Notes under the pieces: generated by a model | The model's database searches: none | The model's input: only the letters and a program-made list of their open reading frames with translations | Told to the model about the DNA's origin: nothing | Assembly: GCF_964204645.1 (NCBI RefSeq) | Contig: NC_134025.1 | Span: forward strand, 1,860,001 to 1,924,000 | Length of the DNA: 64,000 nucleotides | Direction of reading: 5' to 3' | Source: Tubulanus polymorphus | Taxonomy: Eukaryota > Animalia > Nemertea | Part shown: in pieces, positions 42,504 to 55,800 of the stretch | Position numbering within the stretch: position 1 is the first letter of the stretch | Layout: every line of letters begins with the position of its first letter | Program-made: the position numbers and the translations under genes

Positions 42504-42750
42504 CCCGACTAGATTCAAATCAAACAATGAATCTAGCAGACGATTCAGATATAATAATAATCAATATAGAGCACGTTGCGAGGAGACTCGAGACTCTGCC
42601 GTTCAGCCGACGTTCACAGTCGTTCACTAGTGAATTTATGAATGAACGAAACAAACATCAGAGCGATCAGTGAATTTATCAATGACACTGAGACAACTGA
42701 CTAGAAACAACTGATGACAAAAAGTAAAGTAAGGATAGTTATATAGTTCT
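42504..42750 (-). promoter_or_regulatory. Candidate TATA/Inr core promoter and first non-coding exon of klu
   Basis: On the minus strand, CTATATAA (42746-42739) lies about 30 nt upstream of Inr TCAGTT (42714-42709); donor GG|GTAAGT at 42503; TTCCAGGAA about 130 nt further upstream. Confidence 0.55.
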
Positions 42751-44293
42751 ATCACCCCACAATTTCCAGGCACATTCTGCCTTCGTCAATGGCCCAGTAG
42801 TTTAAGGGGAAACCGTGCGGCGCTTGTCAGGTATTGATTATTCCGCGGCAGTAGCAATCGCTTGAAATTTCCAGGAAATCTATCCAGGCATTGCCGCGTG
42901 AGAGAGGAACGAATACTGAAACAAAGCATAGGGTGGTTTGAGTTACAGTCAGCGCTGCCGCTGCTGCTGCTGCTCGAGCATCCATCGTATGAATTAGATG
43001 TCTTTATCCGAGAAAATGAAGTTTAACTGATTATACCTTTCAATTTCCTCGAACGATCAGCTAATTTTTCTTATCAATATCTGATATTGCGGCAAACCAA
43101 CAAAAAAAAAGAAGAAAATCTTCACTTCCGATCTATAAACACCTTCAATCATCGGTATGACATTTCGAATAACATTTGATTAACTCCCCAAAACATCGCA
43201 AAACACGAATGATGTCAATGACGTCAATATATAACTGAATTTAAAATATCACCGATACTGGAATCCGTTACGATATCATTCTACACCAACCGCAAATACC
43301 AACAAGTAATCATTCATAATAACCACCTCAATATTAGCTATTCGATCTCTTAAAACACATGTTTCATCGGCTATTCTTCATCCAAAGATAAATAACCTTT
43401 TCTTATATCGAAATCCAGTTTCATAGATTGGTATAACGTCCAACCTAGAGGTTAACTCAACCGGTTTATAAAACAGGGCACGGGCAGATTTAGAGGCGCG
43501 AAGGGTGCGCACCCTTATCCTTTTCCATCCAATAATTACTAGAAATTTTTGAAAATTATGATTTTAAATGCAGGAAATGCCGTCTAAAAGCATAAATTTT
43601 TTCGAATCTTTAATAAGAGGCCCTAGATTCCCGAGTATTTTCATCTGACTTACAGCGATGTGACCTTTGGTGGTTTACTGGATATATATGGCTGAAAAGC
43701 CATTATAAACATGTGAAATTCTGTGCGCGTGAAATCTTTGAATCATTGACTTACCTCGAAAAGAAACTTGTATAAAATGATAAATCCAATCAGTGTCACC
43801 TGATGTTATATATTTGTGCGTTTTTGTGACAGTGACGTAGATTTCTATCTAAGCCATCTTTCAATCATCTCTTCTTCGGGCGCGATACAAAATATTACTT
43901 TGTTCGTATAAAAAAGCTGAAAAGATGCACAAAATTACGAGATAACGTCGTTCGTTACTGTTGAGAAAATATAGAATATCTTAAACACAGAATCCCCACA
44001 CAGGACGCCCAATCTCTGAATAGCGATTTCTGTAACAACTTCAATTTTATTCGTTCATCGAAAAATAAAAGAAAATGTTCAAATTAATCAGTAATCAAGG
44101 AGGGGACGACCCTCGGTAATAACTTTCACATTTCTGTACATATCACACAAATCGAATCAGTTTTTCTCGGAACAAAATACTGAAAGGAGCAGCTATGCAT
44201 TTATGCATTTAAAATCTTTATGACAATATTGTTTCCGACGAGTCGCAAGGATATCGGAACATCGAGCAGATTAACAATCGATTACAGATTATT

Positions 44294-44728
44294 GGGGTTT
44301 TTAATGAGTAGGCACCAAGACGACATTGCGACGATACTGGTATAGGTACCGGTATACTGGAGGGGGGTGTTTTTAATGAGTAGGCACCAAGACGACATTG
44401 CGACGATACTGGTATAGGTACCGGTATACTGGAGGGGGGTGTTTTTAATGAGTAGGCACCAAGACGGCATTGCGACGATACTGGTATAGGTACCGGTATA
44501 CTGGAGGGGGGTGTTTTGAATGAGTAGGCACCAAGACGGCATTGCGACGATACTGGTATAGGTACCGGTATACTGGAGGGGGGTGTTTTGAATGAGTAGG
44601 CACCAAGACGACATTGCGACGATACTGGTATAGGTACCGGTATACTGGAGGGGGGTGTTTTTAATGAGTAGGCACCAAGACGACATTGCGACGATACTGG
44701 TATAGGTACCGGTATACTGGAGGGGGTG
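44294..44728. repeat. 72-bp minisatellite, 6 near-identical copies
   Basis: Unit gggggtgtttttaatgagtaggcaccaagacgacattgcgacgatactggtataggtaccggtatactggag; two variable positions seen. Confidence 0.95.
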
Positions 44729-45732
44729 ATCTCTACTGTTTCAGATCCAATATCTTTAACTATTTTTCTACTCACTTTGTTTGTTTGTGGCTTGGTTCAT
44801 TTTCTTCATTGTCGCGATGTATATTTGTGCGTTGTGTGACAAGTGTAACTCGCTTGATTTTTCGTCAATCTATAAAATATCATACATCGAATATAGATGA
44901 ATAAGATGACAAACTATAAGTATCATCAAACGATGAGCAGTTCGGATTAATCAAATATCTTTTTAATTTTCAGTTTAAGCCGCATGCCTGCAGGGACAAA
45001 CTAGACAAAGAACTTTTTTAGGTGACGACAATGGCCCAGCCCAAACCATTCGTAACAACTGAAAAAGTGCTTTGTTAAAAACCATCAAAACAGGTTTAAT
45101 GTCATCGAACTTTAACCGACGAATATTAGAATCATTTATAGAATTATTACACGTGCAATTTACGTATATATTCAGTAAACATTAAAAAATCTTGAATGAC
45201 GAACGAAACGCGATTAAAAGTAGCATTTACTGCATCGCGAAACATCAAATATAGTCATCAATGATGTCAAATATTGTCCTGAAATCGATTCAGTCTCCCA
45301 AAAATAAATAACAAACTTGTAAGTAGATATTTTATCGAATTTTGGCATTTGCTCCACTCCCCAGAACACTGGCACTTCACCAACATTCATTCACAATTTG
45401 CGATTATTATCAGTATTTTCATTCACCTGCTGCACTGTGTGTTGACAATTACGCACATGGTTTAGGTATTGACGTCAGTCAGTGCACCGGCGCACTAAAT
45501 ATCGATCACAACATTCAACTGCGATTCTCACTTCCGTCCCCCTCTCTCTCTCAGAATCGGTCAAATAAATACCGTCCACGTTTCGTCCCTTAGAATTTTC
45601 ATCGAGATCCGTTTCGCTAAAATTGTTTATAGATCAAAGGAAAATTTCCGAATTATCAAATATATTTTCAGCGCGTTTGATGTTTGGTGCTTTGACTTTT
45701 TGAAATATAAGCATAGGTAAAATATATAAAAT

Positions 45733-45866
<134 letters not shown>

Positions 45867-46566
45867 ATGAAAACTGAGATGAAATTGTGACATTTGTGAA
45901 AAGAAATATTTTCCAAAAACTAAATGTTCAATCATTTCTAAAAATTCATCTAACGGTATATAATATGAATAAGGGTGGGACAAAAAACATCTAACAATAC
46001 GCTTTCTTCCCATAATTCCTAGAGTTTTCCATGTTATGTTATAACACAAAATTGCCAGGGTGAACCTGCAGCAGGTGAATGGAAACATTTCTAATTGATT
46101 CATTTTTCAAAAATCACGTAGCGATAAAGTTTCAACGTGCAATAACACAAAATTCCCCGAGCGAATTCCTGCATTCACGTGCCACAGGTGAATGCAGAAA
46201 CGTCTTTATTTAAAACAATTCATCATTTTTTATGAATCATGTATTGATTAAGAAATGCGTTTTCAATTGCGTTATATCCAAATTCCCTGAGTTTTCCAGG
46301 AATTCAAGAGAAATTTTGGAGACGTTTTCTTCTAGAATTTTCTAATTCCCTGAATATTTCTCAGGTTATTCCAGTTATTGGCCGAGCTGTAAAAACGCTC
46401 TGAATCTGATGTATATTGAGTTCAACTCATCTCTGAAACTGATCTATAAAATACAGCTCGCTTACAATCAGAAAATATACATTTGAAAACTAGTCGTCAC
46501 ACCTGAATGGTCACCAAACCAACTGGTCTTATACAAGACTAACAAACACACCCACACAAATAACTT

Positions 46567-46660
46567 GACTAACTGGTCTAGTGGTTAGAACACTGGGTTC
46601 GGACATGGAAGGCCCAGGTTCAAATCCCTAAATAGCAGGGTTATGGGTATGGTTAATGGA
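46567..46660 (+). mobile_element. tRNA-derived SINE head or tRNA pseudogene
   Basis: A box TGGTCTAGTGG 46574-46584 and B box GGTTCAAATCC 46617-46627 at normal spacing, but acceptor and anticodon stems do not pair. Followed by a gggtta-like tail. A more decayed relative lies at about 53911-53997. Confidence 0.55.
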
Positions 46661-49600
46661 TACGCACAATTTTTGGTCGATTTTCTCGTTAATAGATACA
46701 TTGAATCTTATATGTTACAATTTTTATGATAGCTTTCTAGTGAAAAATCTGGCCTTTTCAGAATTAAGAATAGGGGCCGGTCACGCAGGAGGTGCTCAAA
46801 CGTTAGTTTTAGTTAGCTGGTAGACTAATGGTAACGCTGTAGGATTTATCCACCAGTAAAACTCTGACTAATTTTATAACCAGAATTCCTTGTTAAAAGA
46901 ACTGTTACTTACAGTGAAGATATATCAAACAGTGAATTCACTGAATTTGTCTTATAACCATGCGCCAGAAAAACATAAACTGATTGACATAAATAGGATA
47001 TCGATAAATTCAAGGGGTTTATTGGCACAGAATGTCAAAGAAAGTTTATAATAACCCCAGGGGAAAATCGTGAGTAAATGTACACTTTGTACTAAAATCA
47101 AATTCTAGTGACATCATTTTGTTTATCAATGACATCACACGAGTATCCTGATGACATCATCAAGTATACAATATAATATGAAAATCAATCAGAATTTGTC
47201 ATTATTTACAAATTCTATGAATTTTACCCTTTTTGCAGAGAAAAGTATATATTTGGAAAAAATATGACAATGGATCAAATTGTCTTATTCACCGAGAACA
47301 AAGGTGGACCCACGAATATATGACGGAGGGATTGAAATCAATTTAGAATAAAAAGAAGCATCAGCGCATCATGACTGTGTAACATTCACATGATATTTCT
47401 GTGAAAATATGAATGTAATTTTAATCCCAACTGCTTTTCCATGATAATTTACATCGGATGTTAGCACATACCAGGAAGTTTTGAATCAGACTTCCTCAAT
47501 TTCAATTTCAGAATATGATGAAAATACTCATGTATCCCATGTATTCCGCCAATTTGCGTATCCAAGCATTTTTTTCGACGGATGCAGAGGTAGATCTAGG
47601 GGTGGCTTTCCATTGAGGTTGCAGTTTTTGTCGGTACAGAAACCGAGGATAACCTGCAAATTTGACACTCATTTTGCTGAACACTGAGTGAAACTTGACT
47701 CGTGACCTTCAGCACGACTGACTGCTTTATCCATGAAATACCCTTCCAATTATTTCGGACTCTACCTATAAATTTCCCAACATTTGTTCCTATTGATAAG
47801 TGACATAGAGAACCAGGAATTTTCAAACTGTTTTATTGATCTTATAATATCTTATTGGTCGTACAAACGACCACCAGCCACAACATCGCACCGGGTAATC
47901 CCTACTCTTATTCCGGTTAGGCAAAACTTATTTTGGTTCGTTGCTGCAAAAACCGATCATTTTTATCTCATTGTTATAAACAAATATTTGTCATTTTAAC
48001 TTTTTCGTGCGGAGAAGTTGCACAGCATCCATGTTTTGTCAAAAAAGAAATCTAAACGGGCAATATTATGATATAAACAAACAACAGAATTAATATAAGA
48101 ATAGTTAGTTCTGATACTGAACTAATCGTTTTTACCAAAATACCTTATCACCATATATGTGAAATGGTGTTATGAAATCCCTCCCAGGTGCGGCATTAAA
48201 ATATGTAAATTGCATAGCGAAATACTGAGTCATCATCTAATGAGGAAATAAAATACCATTTTTTCTATAAGTATGAATTTTTATACATTTGTCGCCGAAT
48301 TACGACGCAAAACAACTTCATCGAAATTCAACAGCACTAAAGGCAGCAGGGGCAGCAGCGGCAGCGGCAGCAGCAGCAACGCTATACTACGTTATCAGAG
48401 TTCATCAGTCTATAACCATTTATATCTAAACACCCACATATTCAAATGACTCACACAAGCACCAGCAGTAGCAGTGTCGGACCCCGGATATCGCATTTAA
48501 AAAATAATTTGGGCACTTCAAATGACACCCACTCATTGTGCGCATGTGTTACCACACATTTTGAGCTTCGTCGAAATAAACATTAAGCAAAATAAGTGAA
48601 AAATTGAGTTTGTAGTTGATGTAATATATAGCATTAGTTGTACTATGTTTACTAAGGGTTGAGCGATAGCCCACAGGCAAGGTGGAGCTTACTTTATTTA
48701 TTATGAAAAGGGGGAGGCCTATTAGTAATTTGATTAAAATCCCACAGTCTTAAACCGGCTTAATTTACCTTCAACGCCGTAACCTAATCTAAAATATAAA
48801 AGCAATGACAACTAAAAGCGATATATACAGTATTCAACAAATACAAATATATGTTTCATATCAAATCGTATATAAAATAGTATATCATATTGCGTATATG
48901 TTAATCAAAGACTTCTAGGATAGGAATATTACATGACCCTAGAATCCTATGTACAATAAAACAAAGAACGCAAAGAAATAAAGATAAAGATGATTAAATC
49001 ATCACATAACAGCTGAAAATGACAACTAGCTGTTGTTTTCTATAGCAGGCTTTTTTCAGTCCATTCCATCGATTATTGGTGACAGATTTTCAATCGATAA
49101 AAGCCTAATTTAATTAGTCCATTATCTAAGACAGCTAGTTGGCACGTTAAGAGTAAAAAACAAAAAAAACTAACTTTATCTAAGTTTATTGATGCCTTGA
49201 AATATAACACATCGCTTAATCAAATTGAAAATTGTTTTCATGTTGCTGACACAAATAGGGGACAAATGTTTGAGCTGATCATTTTTTTAAGAAAAATGAT
49301 GAGAGAGGATGAAATTATCAAGGACTTTACTCGACAGGACTGTCACATTGACTCCTACGTAACAAACACCTGTTAACAAACATACTACTATTTCATTATT
49401 GAAATTTTGAAATAAGACGCGCTCGTAAAGAGAGCAACAGGTTTGAAACATTTCAACAACGCACGTGTTCAGTACATAGACCTAATACATGACTAAATTA
49501 ACACACCAATACCAGACGATACCAGACAATACAATACAATAAACATCTTCATCAATCCCACTACTAAACTATAGGGACTTTTAAATGCACCTGGGTATTT

Positions 49601-49765
49601 CAACGCATCATCCTGGCCTCACCCCACCCACACATGTTCTCTCACAGGATTTTAGATAGGCTGTATTCATTCTTTTTTAACAGTGTGGCTGAATGAAGTA
49701 GCTCTCCGTAAAAATATTTAACATTTAGGTACAATATGCTATTTTCCTAGCCCATTACTTTACGA

Positions 49766-49768
<3 letters not shown>

Positions 49769-49852
<84 letters not shown>
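49769..49852. repeat. (TA)n microsatellite
   Basis: Read directly from the sequence. Confidence 0.97.
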
Positions 49853-49856
<4 letters not shown>

Positions 49857-52800
49857 CTATATAAAACAGGGGTCGCTGACAGGTGGATTTAAAAATGACA
49901 GGGCCCCATAAAAAACCGATTGCGAACTCAGATCACCTATATATGGGGGGGGGGGGTGGCGTTAGTAAAAAATTCTATACTCGCTGAACTCGATGTAGAT
50001 CCGAACCACATCGGAGAATAACAATCCAGCAACAAATAAACAAATAACATTCTATCCGACCTTTCGATTTTATACCTGAGAGCTGTTTATTCACAGTTCG
50101 CTGCGGCCCGAAAATTGATTCACATAAATTTCATCCAGACACGAGATCGTCTCCAGAAACCAGTATGAGTTAATGAAGAGTTTGGCGTTATTCCAAGTCG
50201 CGCACCGTGTCAAGGTAAAAAGCCTGTGGCAGCGCTGCCTTCACAACTATCTACTATCGAATAAGATCTGTTTTCAACGCTCGGTTCAGTTTTTGGCGCT
50301 CGGTTCAGAATCTTCTACCGCATGATGATTTTACCAACCACATAAATATGAAGTCACCTGATTTATAGTCGTATAAATACATCCTGGTTGATGAATTTTT
50401 AGTGATATTATTTATTCACTATTCCGAGCTGATATAGAATCGTATTTCCCTCATCTCATTATTTCATATTTCCCTCATCTCATTATTTCAAACCGCGATA
50501 ATTCTACCCAATAAATTCTGCTTCTACAAATCTCAATTAATGACTCACAGTAAAACGCATTTCGCATTCACAACTCATCAATGTCGATACTAATTACTTA
50601 CGATTAGATATAAAAAAAGGTCTTTGGACTAGAGTCTGAATAACGGTAAACATCAATTCAATTATTCTTTAATGACTGTTGTTATTTATTTAATCATTAA
50701 TCGCGCAGTGCTCTGTACGATACAGACATCACTTGTGGAGCAATAAACTGAAACTTCGACTAATCAAACATAGTGTCCTGAAATCATTCTAAAATGTGAT
50801 GATTTTAATCCTCAATTCACAACGTTTTGTGATTTAGTCAATTTAAAAAAAATCTACTTCGTAAAGAGCCTAGCGATTGTTCTAATGTAAGGTGCTTTTA
50901 AATAATATATTATCATTATTTTGTTGATGAAATCATTGTTTATTGTCAATCCAATGACGAGATTAAGCTGCAGGGATTTTTGTCATTAATCAAATGAAAA
51001 GTCCTGAATCTAGAATATATATTTATACAAAATATTTTCACAATAGGATCTTTTAATGTAGTGTTTATTGTTTTCTGTTATGTTATGTTCTATACCCACG
51101 AGTAAAACTGTTATACTACATAGAATAACCATTACTATTTGAATATGAATCATTTAGCAGTTGTTTAAGACCTCGGTATATGTATATACGATCATCGCAG
51201 ACAGATCGATAAGAAAAAATCAATTTATATCTTCTATGTTTACCAACAAGCATACGCGCATTTCAGTAGTAGGTGGTCTTATTCCAGATTCAAATCCTTT
51301 CCTCAGACAAAACATCGTTTTTTAAGGGGGCAGACCTAGAGAAAAACAACATTTCTCCGATAACTAATGGATTTGACAGTTTTGGCGCGCGTCAAGGGAT
51401 TTATCAAGAATTATTGCCATCATAAACGACGTAAGAAATGGTGCTATAATATCGAATGTAAGCAGCTCATATTTCTGATCCGAGATTGTTTTATGAATTT
51501 CAGTGAAAATAGCAAAAGGCGTCGAAAGAGAAAAATACATGGAAGAGACGAAACGATAGACAGTGAATCACGAGGAGGATAAACTGACCTACTACGAGAT
51601 TCCTGAGTCATTTATACTACACCCACTCAATATAATCATTGTAGGTCACGTAACCACATAATCAGTATCCATCCTGACATACTGTGACACACTGAGCTAC
51701 AGTCAGTGTGGTGAACGTGATGCATCATTTCAACAACGCAGCTCTACACAATTCTAAGAACCTCAATGACATGTGCTCCAAATGACAAGTTAACATCAAG
51801 GGGCCTCTACTCACCTCGCACAAATATGAAGGACATTCGTAATACAATGTCTTCAATATCATCGCATCAAACTTAATAATTCCAAGAAGTGGAAAAAAGT
51901 TTACAGTGGTGCCTAGACGAGCTATCATTCCAATAATTATCCGATGGAAATTATTTTTTTCGCAACAAATATTTCGAACGTTCCGTAAAGAATAATTTAA
52001 CAAACATCTGGTTATACATACTTGTATACGAATAAATAATAGTTTGAGTTATCATCACGACTATAATATATTCAGCACAGTTTGTCCCAGATTCGGCACA
52101 GCAATAAATCAATAATTAATAATCCTGATCTGTCTGTCACGTTTAAACTAAATAATGCAATATCAGAAAGGATTAAAAAATGTGAAATATTTTCAGATTT
52201 GTAACTGAAATATAGAATTTCTACTTACAGCGAGTGAATGTCTGAGTAGTATGAGATAGCAGTGAATGAGTGGGAGGGTGGTAGGTTCGTTCTAGTCTCA
52301 TTGGCAATCAATAAAACAAATCTTCCGGGTTCAATAATTTATAGTATCTCATGAGTCATAACATACCTGCTTTCATGACCTAATTGCGTTTAAAAAAAAT
52401 TACGTTAAAAATGAACCCGAAAGCTTGGCTTCGCGAGAGTAACAATGCGTCACAAAAACATTAATTCAGGGGTGGATCCAGGGTTCCAATTTACCGAGCC
52501 TTCAAAAAAAACAGTCATTACGTAGACGACTTATCGAAATGATGACTTACATTTAGTAAGTAAAATAAATCTTATCGCGACGCAAAATAGAGACAACTTC
52601 AACTTCACTTACGCCCTAAAATACACCAACCCCCGCAATACATTCTCCCCTGGAAACTAAGACCACATCTTCAACACATGAAAAAATCTGCTTCTTCTAG
52701 AAGTTAATCTGAAATCGTCTCTTTTTCGAGTATTCAGCGCCCCCTGCCAGGTTGCCACATGGAATATCATGTGACCTTGTAACTTTCACTTTGTTGCAGG

Positions 52801-55800
52801 AGGGCGGGGGGGGGGGGGGGTATAATACTGTGATGATGACTATACTAAGTTTGAACGTTAAATCTTCCACAAGGCTGATTTTTCAGAATTCTTAATGCAT
52901 GTGCCTTCCAAATCGGAAGAATGTCCTTTTAAAATGGTTCCTGCAATTTTCACTTAACAAATTGACCATAATCGCATATGGCCCTTTAAAACACCTACAT
53001 TTCATTGAGTTCTGAGTAATATTGTTTTAGTGTAATCATTAGAAAGGATGAGATAAATGATGAATGTAGGAGGTGAATGAATATTTCATATCATTTCCGA
53101 GCAGCGATATTTTCTCATCATGTAACCTGACTTTTTAAGTGATTAACTCTTAGAAACGAAGAGTCCCTGGTAAAACATTCTCGACTATACTCTGAAAATA
53201 TACTGATTGACATTATAATTCCATGTTCCGAATTGGCAAATATCCATTTAGTAGGAAGCCAGCTGTTTATACCAGCGAAACAGTCTGACTCATTTCTGTT
53301 CGACAGTTCTACTAACTGTACGCATTTCTATAGGCCTTTAACATATTTCAATCAATGAAATTTTGATGAAAGTCATTCATTAAATGTTTGCAGTTTTCTT
53401 AATGGTAATTACATCTAAAAATTATTCCCACGAAGCTCGCATCAAGAGCCATATGATAGATAACAGTGTCGCCATAAACTGCGATGTTAGAGGGGTCGCA
53501 TTTATTTTTTTTTCACTTTCTAATGCAAACGTTGCAAAGCTTTTGGTCAGGGATTTGGAATCTTCCAAAAAATCATGAAAATCAAGTTTAATTTTGGTAC
53601 AATTTGCTGCTATTCGTCACGTTGAACTCTCAACTAGACTCTAGTAGTGAGTTCAATGTGACAAATATCAGAAGACAAAGCAATTATCCAACATCAATTG
53701 CTCGCAGATTTTTCAACCGGGTGGATATGAATAACTTCTATGTCCTAATTTTCCCCAGTAGCCTATGTGCCTACTTGGTGGAACAATTGCCTTACACTGA
53801 ACCAACTGCCATAGAATGATAGTATATTGTTAGTGAATCACTACACCTGATTGGAGATACCACACCTGACTGATCACCACAGAGTCTAACTTCCAGTTCA
53901 GATCATTCGCTGGTCAGTGCAGTAGTTAGCATACTGGGCGGGCAAGCAATCATGTAAGAGGTCTCACGTGCAAATCCTGGTTAAGTAAGGGTTAGGCCTA
54001 GAAACTATTTCATTTTTGTTTTGTTATAGGGTTAGGCTTCTTCAAATATTACTTAGGCCTATGTGTTCTAAATTTGGCTGGATTGAGGCTTTTGTGGTGG
54101 AAGATTTCCAATTTTATAGTAAAGAATTGTCTCTTTTGAACATTCAAAGCTGTCAAATATCAACTCGAGAAGTTTTAGATTTTCCAGACAGGGATTAAGA
54201 AAAGAAAGCATTCTTCATTCTAACTAAGTCTCAGAGGCTTATTCTAGAAAAATCTTAATACATGCAGGGCCTCAGATTCGAACCTAAGTCTCTCTGTAAG
54301 GCCTACATGAGTTCTTATTCATCTTGGATGTTGAACCCTACCCTCTGCTGTTGCCTTGAGCTTGTCTTGAAGAATGCTTCATGTTTGTAACCGAGTCCAA
54401 TATTGATTTACTGCTTCTCTGACTCTGGTGGTTGGATGTGATATCCAGGGATCCCCGCTGGACTGGATAAATAAAAACCAATGAAATGTGTGGTTTATCT
54501 ATTAGGGCCCAGTTAGAGAGAAGTGTTGAGAAGAGATTCTACGGTCAGTCGAGACGGTGTTTCGTCTCAGGCCGGGGATGATGCACTGCAGCAGCACATC
54601 CTCCCTTCTCTCTCCATCCAGACTCCGTCTCCGGCACCACCCGCCGCCCGCGCGCGAGTCCATCATCATACCGTATCAATTCATCATCAATTATCAGCGC
54701 ATTCTACTAAACCTATTGTTCAACTTACGATTCAACAAGATGAAAATTACTCCAAGCAATTCCAAACAACGCTATAACTTCATGACAGTCCAGGAAAACG
54801 CGTTTAATCGAGGAATTAGTTGTATTTGTCTATGCTATGTTACCCTCCCACGCAAACATCGCCGCCATGTTTGTTTTCTTCCTCGCAGAAATCGCGCGCA
54901 TCAGAATAACACTGACACAACTCATAACCGAATACCTGAGGCGGGTACCCATCTGTGGTCCATCGTCTCACCCAGGGCCTGGCACGGACTATATGAGTCA
55001 GTAAATTCACTGAGCAAATAATCACTTAGTTTCTGAGCTAAAAATCTTATTTTCCGTTTTGCCCGAAAAAATAGTTTTTGGTCTTGGGCCCCGGCTGGAC
55101 GTAGCCTGTCTGCGCAGTGCTGGACAACAACGGGCCTTAGTAAGAATATTGAAGCATTTCCCATCCATTCATCAAGCCTGACTGGTAAAAATATGCGTTG
55201 ATCTCTACACTATAGGATCGTAGAACGATGGAGAAACGGCTGCGTGCCCGAGCCCGCGCGGTGGCACACGCCACACATTGCGAGCTCAGACTCAGTTTCA
55301 CACACGGACGGACTGACCATGCAAATCGGGAGATACACTACCCCGGGGTCCTTGGGGAAGAGCTAATTTTCTTTCTTTTCTAGCTGTAGATTGAAAGCGA
55401 CCAACGAGTCGTTCCGGGCAGTTGGCCTTCATTTGGCATTAATCAATCCCGTTGATAAGATGTCAAAGTGTACCAAAAATCTAGATTCTAACTTGATTCA
55501 TTAATTCGATTGGTATTGTTCGGGATAATAAAAAAATATATATTTATATATATACTACACCATGTGCTTCATTTTCCCACGCGTTCTTTTAGTGAAAAAT
55601 TGCCTTAGATAAGATGGTCCTCGGCCCTTGAATTAACTTATAGTCGTGCGAGTCTCCGGCGGCAATATCAGTCCTCTTTATTTGGGATAATTTCACATTT
55701 AATACTGCTCTTAGCTCCGAGGATTGAAGAACGTCATTTTGCACATTTTCTTCGCAATGGGGTCAATGACGTTAATAGCCGCCGAGCTGTTTCCATTGGA

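Noticed and set aside
44294-44728. CRISPR-like array
   Set aside because: Units are contiguous and near-identical with no unique spacers; no cas genes; eukaryotic context.
46567-46640. Functional tRNA gene
   Set aside because: A and B boxes are present but acceptor and anticodon stems do not pair; treated as SINE/pseudogene.
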